The position numbers and the translations under genes were made by a program. The notes under the pieces are model-generated. The model did not search any database and had not been told where the DNA came from. It saw only the letters and a list, made by a program, of their open reading frames with translations. A DNA stretch of 63,909 nt, filler included, from Octopus bimaculoides (lineage: Eukaryota): assembly GCF_001194135.2 (NCBI RefSeq). It is 9 parts of 9 records of this genome, joined end to end, with 100 filler letters (N's around TTAATTAATTAA, not from the genome) between each part and the next. Parts side by side here need not be neighbours in the genome. Positions count along the whole stretch, not along the records: positions 46,586 to 55,523 come from NC_069003.1; positions 55,624 to 61,016 come from NC_068996.1; positions 61,117 to 62,568 come from NW_026424051.1; positions 62,669 to 63,909 come from NC_069004.1; 5 more parts are not named here. One strand, 5' to 3'. Positions 51,426-63,909 of the stretch are shown here, in pieces. Position 1 is the stretch's first letter; each line of letters begins with the position of its first letter.

Positions 51426-52457
51426 GCTATAAAAGATTTTACCTGATTGTATGTACACACAAACACACACACATACATACATACATACATACAGACACAA
51501 ACACACATAGACACAAACACTCATTCATAGTTACATCCAATCATTTAATCTGTCTTAATTTACGAGAAATCCATTCCTATTTGTACGCAGGCGGAAGTAG
51601 GTAACTGTGCTGCAGAAAAATGCTATCGTCAGCTTTACTATAACTGTACATTCGGCAGCAGCGGTTTTTTTTTCCTTTCATTTCTTAACAATTATAGCAA
51701 TGTTCAGCCAAAAATATCTTAGTGGTGGGTCGTCACTGTATCAGTGCAATAAATTAGGAGTGGAGGAGTATTATAAATGATGAATTTTATCTGTTTTCTT
51801 TTAATATATATTGCTTTCCATTGCGTTATTCTTGCTGACAATTGTTTGCAGAACTTTTCTTATTAATTCCCCTTCTACGCGGTTTCCAGGTCGGTTAATG
51901 TAATTCCAACATATGTTGAACATTGTCAACATCGTGTACGTGGTAGGGATGTCAAAACAAAATGTCATGGAAATAGCAAAAAATATAATAGATAAATAAA
52001 TAAATAAATGAGATAGAAAATTATAAATAAATGAAAGAAAAAGACACAGAAATTGTATGTGTGTGTGAGAGAGGGAGAGAGAGAGAAGGGGAGAGAGAGA
52101 GAAGGGGAGAGAAAGTGAAAGAGACAGACAGAGAAGAGAAACGAAGTGAAATTTACCGTCAGCAAGTCGTGTCAAATGTGTTCCATAGAAACGAAAATAT
52201 ACGTGTGCGTGTGTCTGTATCTGTGTGTGTGTATATATTTATACACACACACACGTATATACATATATATGTATATATATTTACATATATATTTTTATAT
52301 ATACATTTACACACACACACACATATATATATATACATGTGTATATATATGTATATATGTATACATACATATATATATGTGTGTGTGTGTGTGTGTATGT
52401 ATGTGTATATATATGTATATATGTATACATACATATATATGTGTGTGTGTGTGTGTG

Positions 52458-52501
<44 letters not shown>

Positions 52502-53418
52502 TACATATGGGGTGGGGCACGTATGTATATAGAAAGAACTCAGTGTCATTCTTGTTTAACCTAATTAGATTGTCTCTCCTATGAACTAATTTAAATAACT
52601 TACACGGCACATTGTTATAACTTAACTTTTTTCTTCTTCTGGGATGAAAGCACCATCTACTGATATGTATGTATATATTCATGTGTGTATGCATTTATGT
52701 ATGTATGTATATATGCACATACACATACTCGTTAAACACGCACGCATATACACACTCATTGACACACTTGTGTACACTCAGAAACGTATAATTATTTTAT
52801 TAAGGATTTTCGCTTATATATGCTTACTTTTTATATTAAAGTACGAATAGACACATTCATATTCTCTCTCTATCTGTTTCTATTTCTATCTATATATCTA
52901 TCTCACATACATGGACATTGGCTCACATATATACACACATATACACACATTTGAATACGTGTTTATAAAGATATTTTCAAACCACTTTATTCGCCCATCA
53001 AGTGACGCATTGGCGATTTTCTTCATAGATTCTATGGCCTATGAAAAGTGCGGTATATATACACACATGAACACACTTACACGCATGTGTATCCATTTTA
53101 AGTGTATACGTGTGGCTGTGTACGTATGGGGTTGGTACGTGTATGGGTGTGATTTAGTATGTGTATGTATTTACGTGTGTTCGTATGGGTATGTACATGT
53201 GGGTGTACACGTAGGTGGACCAATAGACAATGAAGTAGAGATTAAGAGGTGAAATAAATATAAGACGATAAAAACAATAAAGAATTACATTATATATATA
53301 TATATATTTCGTATGTGTATTTCGTGTGCAAGTTTCTTGATGTGGATACGTGTGTTGAAAGAAATACAATTAAACCTTGGGAGAGGCATTATGCCGGTAA
53401 TATATATACATATATATA

Positions 53419-53449
<31 letters not shown>

Positions 53450-53942
53450 CATATGTATGCATGTACGTATATGTATGTTTATATATATATGGATATGTAT
53501 ATATGTATGTATATTATATATAAACATGTACCTAAATTGACTATTGTCTTCTATGTATGTATGTATATATATGTATATATGAATATGCGCATATATATAT
53601 GTGTATATATATATATATGTATGTATATATATATATATATGTATGTATATATATATATGTATGTATGTATATATATATATATATATATATATANNNNNNN
53701 NNNNNNNNNNNNNNNNNNNNNNNNNNNNNNNNNNNNNNNNNNNNNNNNNNNNNNNNNNNNNNNNNNNNNCAGTTTTAATTTATTAATATCTATCTATCTA
53801 TCTATGCATACATACATGCACATGTATAAACATGTGTGTTTGTGTGTGTGTCTGTTAGGTCTTTGTCTATATCTAGGTGTATATATGTATGTTAGTATGT
53901 ATGTATGTATATATATATATAATGTATGTATAAGCTGGCGTA

Positions 53943-54195
53943 AAGGCGTAGGAGTGGCCGTGTGCTAAGTAGCTCGCTTACGAGCCACATGGTTCTGGGT
54001 TCAGTCCCACTGTGTGGCACCTTGGACATGTGTCTTCTACTATAGCCTGGGGCCGACCAAAGCCTTTTGAGTGGATTTGGTAGACGGAAACTGAAAGAAG
54101 CCCGTCGTATATATGTATATATATGCGTATGTGTGTGTGTATATGTTTGTGTGTCTTTGTCCCCCCAACATCGCTTGACAACCGATGCTGGTATG
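53943..54195 (+). mobile_element. Family B SINE with internal (TA)/(TG) tract, 3'-truncated
   Basis: The head and body run to GAAAGAAGCCCGTCG. A microsatellite follows, then TTTGTCCCCCCAACATCGCTTGACAACCGATGCTGG. Confidence 0.92.
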
Positions 54196-55143
54196 TTTCT
54201 CTTACAATGATACAAGGGATCTTTTTAAAAACCATTTTTTTACTCAAACGAAACATGCATGAATCTTCCAAAATTACTTTGCGTCGCCAGTGTAACAAAG
54301 TACAGAAAGTCAACATTCATTTGGAACATACACGAAATGTTATAACATTCAAGATTGAATGTGACGGTAAAGAAAGTGAATCTCCAAGATAATTCAGAAG
54401 ACATAATTCAATTTTCCATACAAAAATTATTTATTATTTTACAATTTTTAAACGAACACTGAACAAAGCCTTTAGAAAGGAATATCTTGCTGTTGTGAAC
54501 GTTAATTAATTTACAACTTTTACTAAATGATGTATGTAGCAAGACATAAATTCATGTGGCATCATGTATTTTAACTGTGTAAGGTTATATGTTGTAGAAT
54601 AAATACTAACACAGTAAAAAGTTTGTGCAGCGTTTAATATTAACGCTGTTATAACAGCATAGCAGGAATACGATAAGGACGATAGGACTGTTAAAAAAGC
54701 ATTGTCTTCAAATTGGTTATAAGGACTGGAATAACATTTCTGTAATAATATTAAAAGAGGCGCTGAAGCTTTCTACTTCACCAAGTTTTCGATTTTGTTG
54801 TAATAAGCCAGACTAATTTTTATATATATATATATATATATTTGCGAGTGTTGTGAGTGCTGTCAAATCAGGGAAATCTTCACGTTGGTTGTAAGAATCA
54901 AAATAATATTTCAGCACATTAGTGATAATGGTTAATGGTGTTTAAGGTGCAACACTCTATGATGAAAAGGAAAATCCAAACAGTGGTACTTCAAAGTGAA
55001 CACTGTTGTTCGTTCAACGTCCAGGCAGTAACTAAACTAAGCTCTTTCAAAATCGGCGCGTTTTCATAAAAATTATCACACATCCACTCGTACACACATA
55101 GATTTTGACATACAGTGACATACATATGCTCAGACATATCTAT

Positions 55144-55180
<37 letters not shown>

Positions 55181-55623
55181 TCGTCACAAAAATGTATGTA
55201 TACTCACACATACATACACTCTGAAACACATATGCTTGTCAGTCATAGACCTAACGTTCCTAAGGAACGTGCAAACACACACACTGACCGACACATACAC
55301 ACACATACAGAAAATGTGTCGTCGTCGTATAAAACGTCGTTTACGGTAGTTGACTTACGAAGATTATAATGTTCAAATTCTGTAATGCAAATATGTAAAT
55401 GAAAATAAAGTTTTGTTGGTAGCCGATGGTTTACTGAATCTTTTGATAGCCCATACATCATAATCGGCAACTCAATTTTCGAATGCATAAGGAACATACG
55501 CACACATACAAACTCATATATATNNNNNNNNNNNNNNNNNNNNNNNNNNNNNNNNNNNNNNNNNNNNTTAATTAATTAANNNNNNNNNNNNNNNNNNNNN
55601 NNNNNNNNNNNNNNNNNNNNNNN

Positions 55624-55692
<69 letters not shown>

Positions 55693-55719
55693 GTAATAAT
55701 AATAATAATAATAATAATG

Positions 55720-56460
55720 ATAATCTCTAAATGCTGGAGATGTAAGAATTTCATGTGGCATTTTCCAGGGTAACTCACTATCACAACTCCTCTTTTGTCT
55801 AGCCTTAATACCTCTCTCAAAATTGCTCAATGATGCATAGTACGGTTATAAAATGTTTGATAGAAATATAAATCATCTCATTTATATGGATGATTTAAAG
55901 CACTTTGCAAAAAATGACCAATAACTCAAGGGCTTACAAGTGATTGTTAAACAATTCAGTGATGACATCAGGATGCAATTTGGCCTTGATAAATGTGCAA
56001 AAGCTACCTTTATCAAAAGAAAATGTCAGAAACATCTAACGTTAACTTTGACCAGCAGAATGTCATAAAAGAGTGGGGAGCCAGCGGAGAGCTACAAATA
56101 CCTAGGGGTAATTGAAGGGGACAATATCAAGCATCCAGTGATGAGGGAAAGGATCAGAAGAGAACGTTATCGCAGGGTGAGAGCAATACTCAAGACAGAG
56201 CTGAATGCAAGAAACAGGATCGAAGCGATCAATTCTCTAGCCATACCAGTCGTGACTTACAGTTTCAATATCATTAACTGGTCAATTACTGAAATATGTA
56301 ATCTTGACAGAATAATACGAAAGCTGTTGACAATACATAGAATGCACCACCCTAAGGCAGATATAGAACGTCTTTATCTGCCAAGAAAAGAGGGAGGCTG
56401 TGGAATTTTACAACTGGAATTAACAATGAAGATTGCCGCAATTGACCTAGATACCTACCT
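55720..56460 (+). mobile_element. R4/Dong-clade RT fragment downstream of (TAA)n
   Basis: It encodes HLIYMDDLK-like, RMQFGLDKCAK, YKYLG and KTELNARNRIEAINSLAIPVVTYSF..HHPKADIERLYLPRKEGG. Confidence 0.92.
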
Positions 56461-56464
56461 GTTT

Positions 56465-57720
56465 GTTTTCGCCCTTGTGTAAGTGGGAAATTTACTTTCA
56501 AACAAATGTTTTTTGGAAAAAAATTTCTGAGATAAAATTATGGATAAATCAACAGTTAAAATGCGTTCGCATTATGAAGCCAGTCCCAGCACCAGTAAAA
56601 GTGACTTAAGTTCGGAACTGAAAGACATGCTTACCGCAGAGGAATTCGCGAGAGGAAAGGTTACTTATGCACAAGCGACAGGAATTTAAAAAAAGACAAA
56701 CATTATAGAAGCAAGGATTTATCAATATTCAAAGGAATGATGAAAAGGGAGGTAGATGAGGCAAAAGTGGCCCCTCCCAGTGAAATCGCTCATAAAACGC
56801 AAGAGATGCACAGTGATTTACAAAAGGAGGCAGTTTGAAAACGAAATGGAATTCATCATCAGAAGACAGTTTCGCCACAATAGAGGTCCGTTTAAAATCC
56901 GAAGAAAAAGACAAGCAGGTGTCCACCTGTCTGCTGAAAACAGTAGAAGTCTTACTCCTACCCACGTATCTGGGAAGACGCACTTATAACATCTGGACGA
57001 TCTAGGTTATTGGATGAACAGGTGTGGTCTCCGTTCGTCAGATCGTTACTTCCTGGTTTCACTAGCTTAAGTGAACTTCGTCCTTTCATAGATGGTTGGT
57101 TAGAACCTAGGAATGAAGACGGCCTGGGAAAACTCTGGGCTTCGATGAAAATCAGTTAGCGAGCCTGTTCCGAAGAACATTCGGGTCAGGGTCTTTGGAT
57201 ATCTTCCAGAGATCTCTGACCTGGCAATGTTTCCGACGTGCGTTACCGCTTCACGTTAAACTCGCAGGGCATGGTGGCTCTTGTTCACCCATGTGCCCAA
57301 GATGCAAACAGGACAGGGAAACCGTTCTGCACGCGATTGTACAATTTCCTAAAATTACAGAAATGTGGGTTTACGTTGAACATCTGTTGTCACGACTGGG
57401 AAGAGTACAGCTGTCTTCCGAATCGATCGTAAAAATTATTCCCCCTTGTTCCTTTGACAAAGATGGTAAGGCTTGGTTTCATCTCTAGATTTGGGCTGGT
57501 GAAGTTTCTCACCTTCCACCTGAGAAGGAAAATAAGGGTGGAGGAGTGCTTGTCTCCGTAAGTATATAAGTAAAGATGGAAGGATGTTGCGATAATGGTG
57601 AGAGTGAATGTTTCCGCATAAGAATGTGCATAAAGTTTTTCAAAGGCCTCAGTGGCGGATCGGGGCTTGCGGGCCCAAAGGAGACCCGTACCCACTTCAT
57701 TGTTTGTGTTATTCTTTGTC
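56465..57720 (+). mobile_element. Internally deleted Tx1/L1-type LINE, copy A (ORF1 N-part fused to ORF2 C-terminus)
   Basis: ORF1-like sequence runs to LLPTHVSGKTHL (about 56990). It then switches to ORF2 C-terminal sequence with CPRCKQDRETVLHAIV..MWVYVEHLLSRLGRV. Confidence 0.8.
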
Positions 57721-58113
57721 NNNNNNNNNNNNNNNNNNNNNNNNNNNNNNNNNNNNNNNNNNNNNNNNNNNNNNNNNNNNNNNNNNNNNNNNNNNNNNNN
57801 NNNNNNNNNNNNNNNNNNNNNNNNNNNNNNNNNNNNNNNNNNNNNNNNNNNNNNNNNNNNNNNNNNNNNNNNNNNNNNNNNNNNNNNNNNNNNNNNNNNN
57901 NNNNNNNNNNNNNNNNNNNNNNNNNNNNNNNNNNNNNNNNNNNNNNNNNNNNNNNNNNNNNNNNNNNNNNNNNNNNNNNNNNNNNNNNNNNNNNNNNNNN
58001 NNNNNNNNNNNNNNNNNNNNNNNNNNNNNNNNNNNNNNNNNNNNNNNNNNNNNNNNNNNNNNNNNNNNNNNNNNNNNNNNNNNNNNNNNNNNNNNNNNNN
58101 NNNNNNNNNNNNN

Positions 58114-59667
58114 GTTGCAAGTAGAAAAGTGAACTTTGCACAAACTACTGGGATTAAAAAGCGAAACATTCAGTACGGAAACGAGGAACTTCTTAAATTC
58201 AAAGGAATGATTAAAAAGGAAGAGAGACGTAGTTAAAAGTTGCTTCTCCCAGTGAAATTGAGCACAAGGCACAGAGATGCACCGTGATCTATAAAAGTTT
58301 TTTAATGAAGCAAAAGAAACTAAACATAGCTTCTAAAAAAGCCGTAGGCCTCTGTCTAAAATGAAAATTGAATGAGATCGAATTCATCACAAGAGGACAA
58401 AGATTTGCGACAATTGAGGTCTGTTTTAAATCTGAAGAAAAAGCCAAGCAGCCGTTCACCAGTCCACTGAAAACAGCAGAAGTCGTACTCCTACCCACGT
58501 ATCTGGGAAAACGCACTTATAAGATCTGAGTGGGAGACATACCACCAGAGGTGGATCCTGCTTGGCTAGTAGCGGCAATCACAGCGGGCTTGGAGGGCAA
58601 AATTACAATTCTCCAAGCCCAAGCAACGGAACTACAAAATTGACAGGGGCAAGGCCTGAAATTATTGATTCAAGCAGCCCCTGCCGATCTAGGAAATATT
58701 ATCAACATTATACAGGAGGGGGATGTCAGACTACGAGTGATGGTCCAGGGTAGGAAGCTTCGGTGCTTCAAATGTGGCCAAAAGGGCAACGTAAGAATCG
58801 AATGCAAACCTCCCCTAGAAAAAGAAACCCCACCTGTCAAGGAAAATCAGGAAAATCAAGAGGAAATACCAAAAGATGAGGTGAGTGTCGAGACAGAGAT
58901 GGAAAGCGAAATGGAACAAAGTCAAGAAGGAGGGTGAGAGAAGGTGAAAACAAAAAGAAAGTGGAAAAACCCGTCAACCCCCAATAGTCCTACACCTGAA
59001 AACTAAAAAAGACAAATGCACAGGAACCAAAATTTCTTCCCTTTCCAAATCCTACCCATCCCACGCAGACACAAATTACACAGCAGTAGTGGCAAAGAAT
59101 CTAGCCTTGCTGCAAAAACCAAAGGACACCAAAGACTCAATAGACATAACACACAAATACGAGAACAGAATAACAAAAGACATTCTAATTTTCTCAATTT
59201 CAAGGACTAACTACAACGCACTTAAAAAGGAATTCGAATAAGACATTGCGCCCATCCGGAAGAATTTCTTCTCGCAGATTTATGAGTGCCTTACAGGGAA
59301 ACCGTTCTGCAGGCGATTGTGTAATGCCCTAAAATTACAGAAATGTGGGTTTACGTTGAACATCTGTTGTCACGACTGGGAAGAGTACAGCTGTCTTCAG
59401 AGTCGATGGTAAAAATTATTCCCCCTTCCTCTTTTGACAGAGAAAGTAAGGCGTGTTCTCTCGTTGTATTAGCTATAGCGAAAGAGGAGTTTGGAAGATC
59501 CGTGAGAAAGGAATCATAATAGGCCTTGGGTTGCTGAGGTTTCTCACTTTCCACCAGAGAAAGAAAATAAGGGTAGAGAAGGAGTGCATGTCTCCAGGCG
59601 TACATAAGATGGATGGTGTTAGAATGGTGAGAGTGAATGATTCCGCATGAGTGTGTTCATAAGGTTT
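58114..59667 (+). mobile_element. Internally deleted Tx1/L1-type LINE, copy B (most of ORF1 plus ORF2 C-terminus)
   Basis: It carries the knuckle CFKCGQKGNVRIEC. From about 59295 the sequence is colinear with 57315-57640. Confidence 0.85.
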
Positions 59668-60765
59668 CTGCATAATATCCGCCGCTTCAATTCCGCCTTT
59701 CAGATGACATCCTTCGGAGCAAAGCTTGCATTGGAGCGTGGGTTCATGCCAACTTTCAAGGTCCAGGGATAGATCTACCATTTGATTGGGTCTATTCAGC
59801 CTCTGGCAGAAAAGGATCCTCAATTTCTTCAGTTATACTCTGTTGGAAACTATCAGGAGCAGGCAAAGAGGCGAAAATATTTCGTCTGAAACTAACATTG
59901 AAACCATAATAAAACTTCAAGAAATGCTTCATGACAAAAACAGCCATGCTAGCAGCTCCAAGTACGCTTTGCAAACAGCCACCAACCCAAACTTTAGTGT
60001 GGTCATACATGCTAACCTGGAGAATATGCTGGTCGGTTCAACGCACTAACGTGTAATGATATTGCAGCGGTTATTTGTGGTGAACAGCACAACAAGAAAG
60101 ATATCATTCTAAAGTACCAAGACAGCACATTACAGCGTATCAATGAGACACACAGTTCCTATGATGCACTCCAGTATCTTTTGCTATTTGTCAACAGCGA
60201 GGACAGATACCATTTTGGCATTCAGCAGGCAATAGGGAGGCACATCTTAGTAAAACTGTCACCTGCATGGCCGTTAAAATGAAGTCCGAGAGATCATGGT
60301 TCATTAAATTAAATCAAAAGAAACTTCGATCTGAATTCATATTCTTCCTGGACGCACCTGGAGGCACAGGTAAAACATTTGTAATCAAATTCACAGACTC
60401 GCTGCAGCTGGCAGCCACTCTGCTGAGATAATTCAAAGCGAACATTAAAAGGTCCACTTTATAGTCACCAGCTATAAATTGTTATCACTGGATGCGCCTT
60501 TGCTGGCAACACCGTCGTTGAGACTTTTAAGAGTGAACGATCCACGGCTCTCTTCAGGGTCAGCAAGATTAAATTATTACCATCGGATTCATCTTTGCTG
60601 GCAGCACCACCGCAGAGATATTTCAAACTGAAAGTTCAAAGGCGCTCTTTAGGGTCAACATCTGTAAATTGTTACTTCTATAGTCGTGTTTGACGGAAGT
60701 CTTTTGGCCCATTTGAACGACTATTCCATTGAGAGTTATACAGGGCAACGCCGGGTACCTGCAAT
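59665..60765 (+). mobile_element. Fragmented Helitron (Rep and helicase pieces, probable 3' end)
   Basis: It encodes NIRRFNSAFQMTSFGA, GFMPTFKVQG, LQEMLHDKN, RINETHSSYDALQYLLLF and Walker A FFLDAPGGTGKTF. A 3'-end-like CAGGGCAACGCCGGGTAC lies near 60741. Confidence 0.9.
60404..60690. repeat. Three diverged 95-bp tandem units inside the Helitron remnant
   Basis: Units start at 60404, 60499 and 60594 (GCTGGCA.C...GAGA...GTCA.CA...TAAATT.TTA). Confidence 0.75.
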
Positions 60766-61343
60766 GTCCTGTACCCAGATATGCACCTATACATACAGGT
60801 GGATGTCGGTATGCACATACCTGTACGTATATAAGCATATACTCATTTACTATTTGTTTTTACATGATTGAACGCAGCATCTTCCAAATGTAAGTAGTTT
60901 TCGTAACTCATATCCTCCGACGCTACTCTATCTCTTTCTCTTTCGTTCCCCCCCCCCTCGTTCTTCCTCTGTACTACTACGTATCTCGCTTTACCCCTCT
61001 CGTTCTTCCTCTGTTANNNNNNNNNNNNNNNNNNNNNNNNNNNNNNNNNNNNNNNNNNNNTTAATTAATTAANNNNNNNNNNNNNNNNNNNNNNNNNNNN
61101 NNNNNNNNNNNNNNNNATATATATGTATATGTATATATAAATATATACATATATATACATATATATAATATAAATATATGCATACGTATATATGTGCGTA
61201 TATAAAATACATATATGTATGTGTATATATGTATATATATATATATATACATACATATATATATATATATGTATGTATATAGATGTATATATATATAAAT
61301 ATATGGATATGTACATATATGGATGTATAGATGCACAAATACA

Positions 61344-61394
<51 letters not shown>

Positions 61395-62929
61395 AGGTAG
61401 AGAGGGAATCACTCTTTGATATAACTATAAAGATATGTAATTTTGAAAATCCAAATATATAATTTGTTGCAATCTTTTTTATTTTAGAAAATCTTTTAAG
61501 ACGGTAACAATATATTAAAGATTTTCTCTTTATTTGTTAAGTTTACTGATATAAATATTTTATGTTTGTATAAATAATTCCTGTTATAATGATATTAGTC
61601 TACATTTATATCATTTCACCATTAGTGCAGTACGTCTTTTGTCTAGATAATGGTAAGTACAGTATAAATCCTTTATATATTGTATCTATTGACACATCCT
61701 GTTGCTGTAATTAAGCTCCCAGTGATCTAGTTAACCAGAATTTTGATCAAAGATGCATCAACCACGTTCATCAAGATGTTTGCTCAGGTGTTGCGTAAAT
61801 AGAACAGCGTTGCTCAGTGTCTTAACTATTTTCAACACGGTAATATACTATTTGAAGAGGATTTGGCTGTCATTTCTAGTATGTCGATTGACTGGGTAGA
61901 GACTTCCTCGCTGGCTCGAGATTAATTTGTTCATGCGATTTTAGCCCCATATTAGCTGTGATTGAGCAGACGTATTAACAAAGCTTTCCAAATTGTAATG
62001 TCTTCGTCGCTTTAATGGTGTTGCACAGAACAATATCTTTCTTTATTTTAGATGGTTGAGTGTCAAAATTTCTTCGATTAAACAATCGCAATTAATATTC
62101 TAAATACAATTTGTTAGGTCACTGCGTCATCTTTTCACTCCAAAAATTTCCTAATAATGAATAAAATCCATAAAACTACAGCAGTAAACATTTTATCCCT
62201 AATAAAATCTAATTTCCTCTTTCTAATACAAATCCTTTCAACTCCTACTTCGTCTCATGAACCTTTACGAAAACGTCTACAACAAATACAAAAAGAAAGG
62301 AAGGAGGGAAAAAAAAAACTATTTCAGTATCAAATCACATTTCGATACTGTAATGACAGACAAACGAAGGAGAGAGAGAGTCAAATAAACAGACACACTG
62401 ACAATCATACGTACATACACACATATATATGTACCTATGGTTACCAATGACCTCATTCTAATTGGCAGGAATTATAAGTTTACTTTCAATTTCTAACACC
62501 GTCATTTACCAGCGAGATATCTTTCTCAAATACGATTAACAAACATTTATTCCCTACAAACTGTGAGTNNNNNNNNNNNNNNNNNNNNNNNNNNNNNNNN
62601 NNNNNNNNNNNNTTAATTAATTAANNNNNNNNNNNNNNNNNNNNNNNNNNNNNNNNNNNNNNNNNNNNTGAGTAAACTGATTTTTTCCCAGCCATAATGT
62701 AGTTGATATCTTTTGATTTTTTAAAAGCTACTTTTATTTTCAGATGGGATATTGTGTTTTCCTTTTCTTTTGTCCACATATATATGTATGTATATATGTA
62801 TATATATGTATGTAGATATGTATATATGTATATATTTGTCCACATATATATGTATACACATATATATGTATATACATGTGCGTATGTGTGTGATCGTGTA
62901 TGTGTGTGGTATGTGTCTTTGTGTGTGTC

Positions 62930-63130
62930 TTTGTCTTTGTGTTTGTCCATCCCACTACTTGACAATAGGTGTTGCTTGGTTTATGTCCTTTATAATGTGG
63001 ATGTGCAACAAAAGTCACAGATAAAATAGGTACCAGATTAAAAAAAAAAGTCTTCAGGTCGATATGTCTAACTAATCATTTCAAGGCAGTGCTCCAGCAA
63101 GGTCGCAGCCCAATAATTGAAACAAGTAAA
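62930..63130 (+). mobile_element. Degenerate 3' half of a family B SINE following a microsatellite
   Basis: GTGTTTGTCCATCCCACTACTTGACAATAGGTG..GCAGTGCTCCAGCAAGGTCGCAG..GAAACAAGTAAAA. Confidence 0.75.
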
Positions 63131-63909
63131 AAATCTTCTTGTAGACAGCAGTTGGGCTTCTTCCTTCGAGACATTTTACTACCAAAATAGATGAAATACT
63201 TTGAATTCTTGCATTTCAGCGACCTCATTATGTTGTATTGAAAGCTAACCACTACAAGCTTACCGAACGTTATTTTCCTATTAATTGTGTCTCAAGTTTT
63301 GTGTCCAGAGTTTTCTGTTAAGTGTATTGTATTGCCCAAGTTCAATAAAGTTTATGTGTAGGTTTTTTTTTTATTCTTTGAGAAAGCGTTTACCAGTTCC
63401 TCTCGAATTTCTTTAAAATCCTTCCAATTTTCATTTTCGTAAAGAAATATTTAGCTCCATATCCTGTTAAACAACTACTATTTAGTTTTTGCCATCCTTC
63501 GCAGCTATCTCAATCTTCATATTAATTTAACTGCGGTGATGTACCAATTATTAAGTTTCATATACACACTTCTAGAAATTTGTCTTACACTTATTTAAAG
63601 AAATGCATTTCAAATAACTGCTGGATAAGTTTTTTATAATAAGGACCATGCACTACTCCTGGTTGTATTAAACCGTGCATTTTACATACTGCATGCAATC
63701 GTGTTTTCTCAAGTTTTCATTAGGATTTCAATAAGTTAATATGTGTGACTGTGTGTGCGTAAGAAAGAGAATGTATTTATGTAACTTTGTGTATAGTTTT
63801 ATATATGGAGATTGGGATTCATGAATCGCTGTATGTGCATGAATACGAATGAATGCGTATGTAATATGTGCATAAATGTGTGTGTATATATATATATATA
63901 TATTTATAA

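Noticed and set aside
29459-61660. Candidate micro-exons defined by AG...GTAAGT (about 29460, 34030 and 55350 on minus; 61650 on plus)
   Set aside because: Such pairs are expected by chance in AT-rich DNA, and there is no supporting gene model.

Overview
AT-rich, repeat-dense eukaryotic draft-assembly sequence with many N gaps and microsatellites. The SINE/LINE mix looks like a cephalopod, probably Octopus; this is inferred from repeat types and is not proven. One host gene is well supported. Five + strand GT-AG exons (19225-25188) splice in consistent phase into 233 aa, forming the N-terminal six-helix half of a divergent MFS transporter (oxalate:formate antiporter-like animal group). I could not find its C-terminal half. 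A possible terminal exon of another gene lies at 7453-7641. Most other recognisable sequence is mobile DNA: HERO/NeSL-type, RTE, R4/Dong, Tx1/L1-type and Penelope-like retroelements; a DD37D Tc1/mariner; mariner, hAT and piggyBac-like MITEs; a Helitron remnant; and three tRNA-derived SINE families. Almost all ORF-track entries made of X runs or dipeptide repeats are artefacts of gaps and microsatellites. I found no intact tRNA, rRNA or CRISPR array. No new biological system is established. The best leads are the half-found divergent transporter, the paired internally deleted Tx1 elements, the microsatellite-carrying and module-swapping SINEs, and a SINE-derived minisatellite. Repeat boundaries are approximate (tens of bp); the exon coordinates were counted base by base.
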